From a virus, in the IMG/VR virus record IMGVR_UViG_3300047160_003350, positions 1 to 21,710 of that record: a stretch of 21,710 nt of DNA; one strand, given 5' to 3'. Both the position numbers and the translations under genes were made by a program. Under the pieces are notes generated by a model that was not told the DNA's origin, did not search any database, and saw only the letters and a list, made by a program, of their open reading frames with translations. Positions 21,211 to 21,710 of this stretch are shown piece by piece (within the stretch, counting starts at the first letter, position 1; the number at the start of each line of letters is the position of its first letter).

Positions 21211-21710
21211 TCAGTAGATCCTGAAATCGCCGAGGGCGGGGCCGCGGTGATCGTAACCCCACACTGCGACAGTCATGGCGGTCAGGGCGGCGAGCGACCC
21301 GGCTGACTGGCGCCGGCCCCACGCCCACGCGTCCCCCAAAGGACGCCGGGCGGCGGACGCGGCGGCGGCGTCAAGGTTGGGGTGTGGCCGGTACCTGAGG
21401 GCGGGCGGGTCGGCGCAGACGGCGTCGAGGACGCGGGCGCACGCCGCGGCGTATTCGCGCGCTTGTAGGCCGGCGAGGGCGATCCCGGCCCGCTCCAGCT
21501 GGTCGGCGATGTCCAAAGCGGGACCGGCTTTGTCGTAGGCGACCACCACAGGCTGCCAGCGCGCCGCCAGGTCGGCGATCCGCTCGGCGAGCCACCCGAC
21601 ACCGGGCCGGGCGTCGGCGACCTCGACGTGGGCGACCCCGTCGTCGGTCCGCCACGCCGCGACAACCGCGGCGTCGGAGCGGTCGACGGCGACGTCGAAG
21701 CCGAGAGCGA
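21211..21710 (-). CDS. terL: Terminase large subunit, C-terminal nuclease part (continuation of 1..935)
   Basis: Same frame as 1..935 through the 97-nt overlap. Translation: LGFDVAVDRSDAAVVAAWRTDDGVAHVEVADARPGVGWLAERIADLAARWQPVVVAYDKAGPA...GDFRIY*, an RNaseH-like terminase nuclease pattern. TGA at 21211-21213. Confidence 0.9.
   Translation of the reverse strand, partial: ALGFDVAVDRSDAAVVAAWRTDDGVAHVEVADARPGVGWLAERIADLAARWQPVVVAYDKAGPALDIADQLERAGIALAGLQAREYAAACARVLDAVCADPPALRYRPHPNLDAAAASAARRPLGDAWAWGRRQSAGSLAALTAMTVAVWGYDHRGPALGDFRIY
21614..21710. repeat. Terminal direct repeat, copy 2 (identical to 1..97)
   Basis: Same 97-nt string as the window start. Confidence 0.95.

Larger units (their letters stand above)
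1..21710. mobile_element. Complete temperate siphovirus-type phage genome (circularly closed contig, unique length 21,613 bp)
   Basis: Full set of packaging, head, neck, tail, lysis, lysogeny and early genes in one window. Ends overlap by 97 identical bases. Confidence 0.85.

Overview
High-GC, very tightly packed bacteriophage genome captured as a circularised contig. Bases 1-97 are identical to 21614-21710, so the unique length is 21,613 bp, and the large terminase gene runs across the window junction.

Nearly everything is on the minus strand as one long run with 1-, 4- or 8-nt start/stop overlaps:
- Early genes (7292 down to 2257): excisionase/Cro-like HTH, RecT, unknown, VRR-NUC nuclease, winged-HTH/zinc protein, N6/N4 DNA methyltransferase, possible PD-(D/E)XK protein, zinc-ribbon protein, C5 cytosine methyltransferase, 73-aa ORF.
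- Late genes (1774 down through the junction to 8698): HNH endonuclease, small and large terminase, HK97-type portal, prohead protease, major capsid, neck proteins, major tail protein, tail chaperones with a -1 frame extension, tape measure, Dit, Tal-like protein, receptor-binding-type minor tail protein, amidase endolysin, holin, small membrane protein.

Plus-strand genes are only a lysogeny operon (XRE-type repressor, 58-aa ORF, short XerC/D-like tyrosine integrase; 7376-8701) and an isolated two-gene cassette with its own promoter and operator (1825-2225). I saw no tRNA, rRNA, CRISPR array, reverse transcriptase or polymerase/helicase genes.

Promoter geometry suggests leaderless mRNAs. Together with frequent GTG starts and the protein families present, this suggests an actinobacterial host (inference).

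Most notable non-standard signals:
- A conserved box ATGnCTAGyCCnGATAAG embedded in three start sites, with associated palindromes.
- A switch region carrying three DnaA-box-identical repeats.
- An AT-rich phased-T-tract block between the HNH and terS genes.
- No room for attP next to the integrase, combined with a repressor ending in LIAA.
- An in-frame membrane ORF directly after the holin TAG.

All calls come from reading and translating the sequence by eye. No database search was run.
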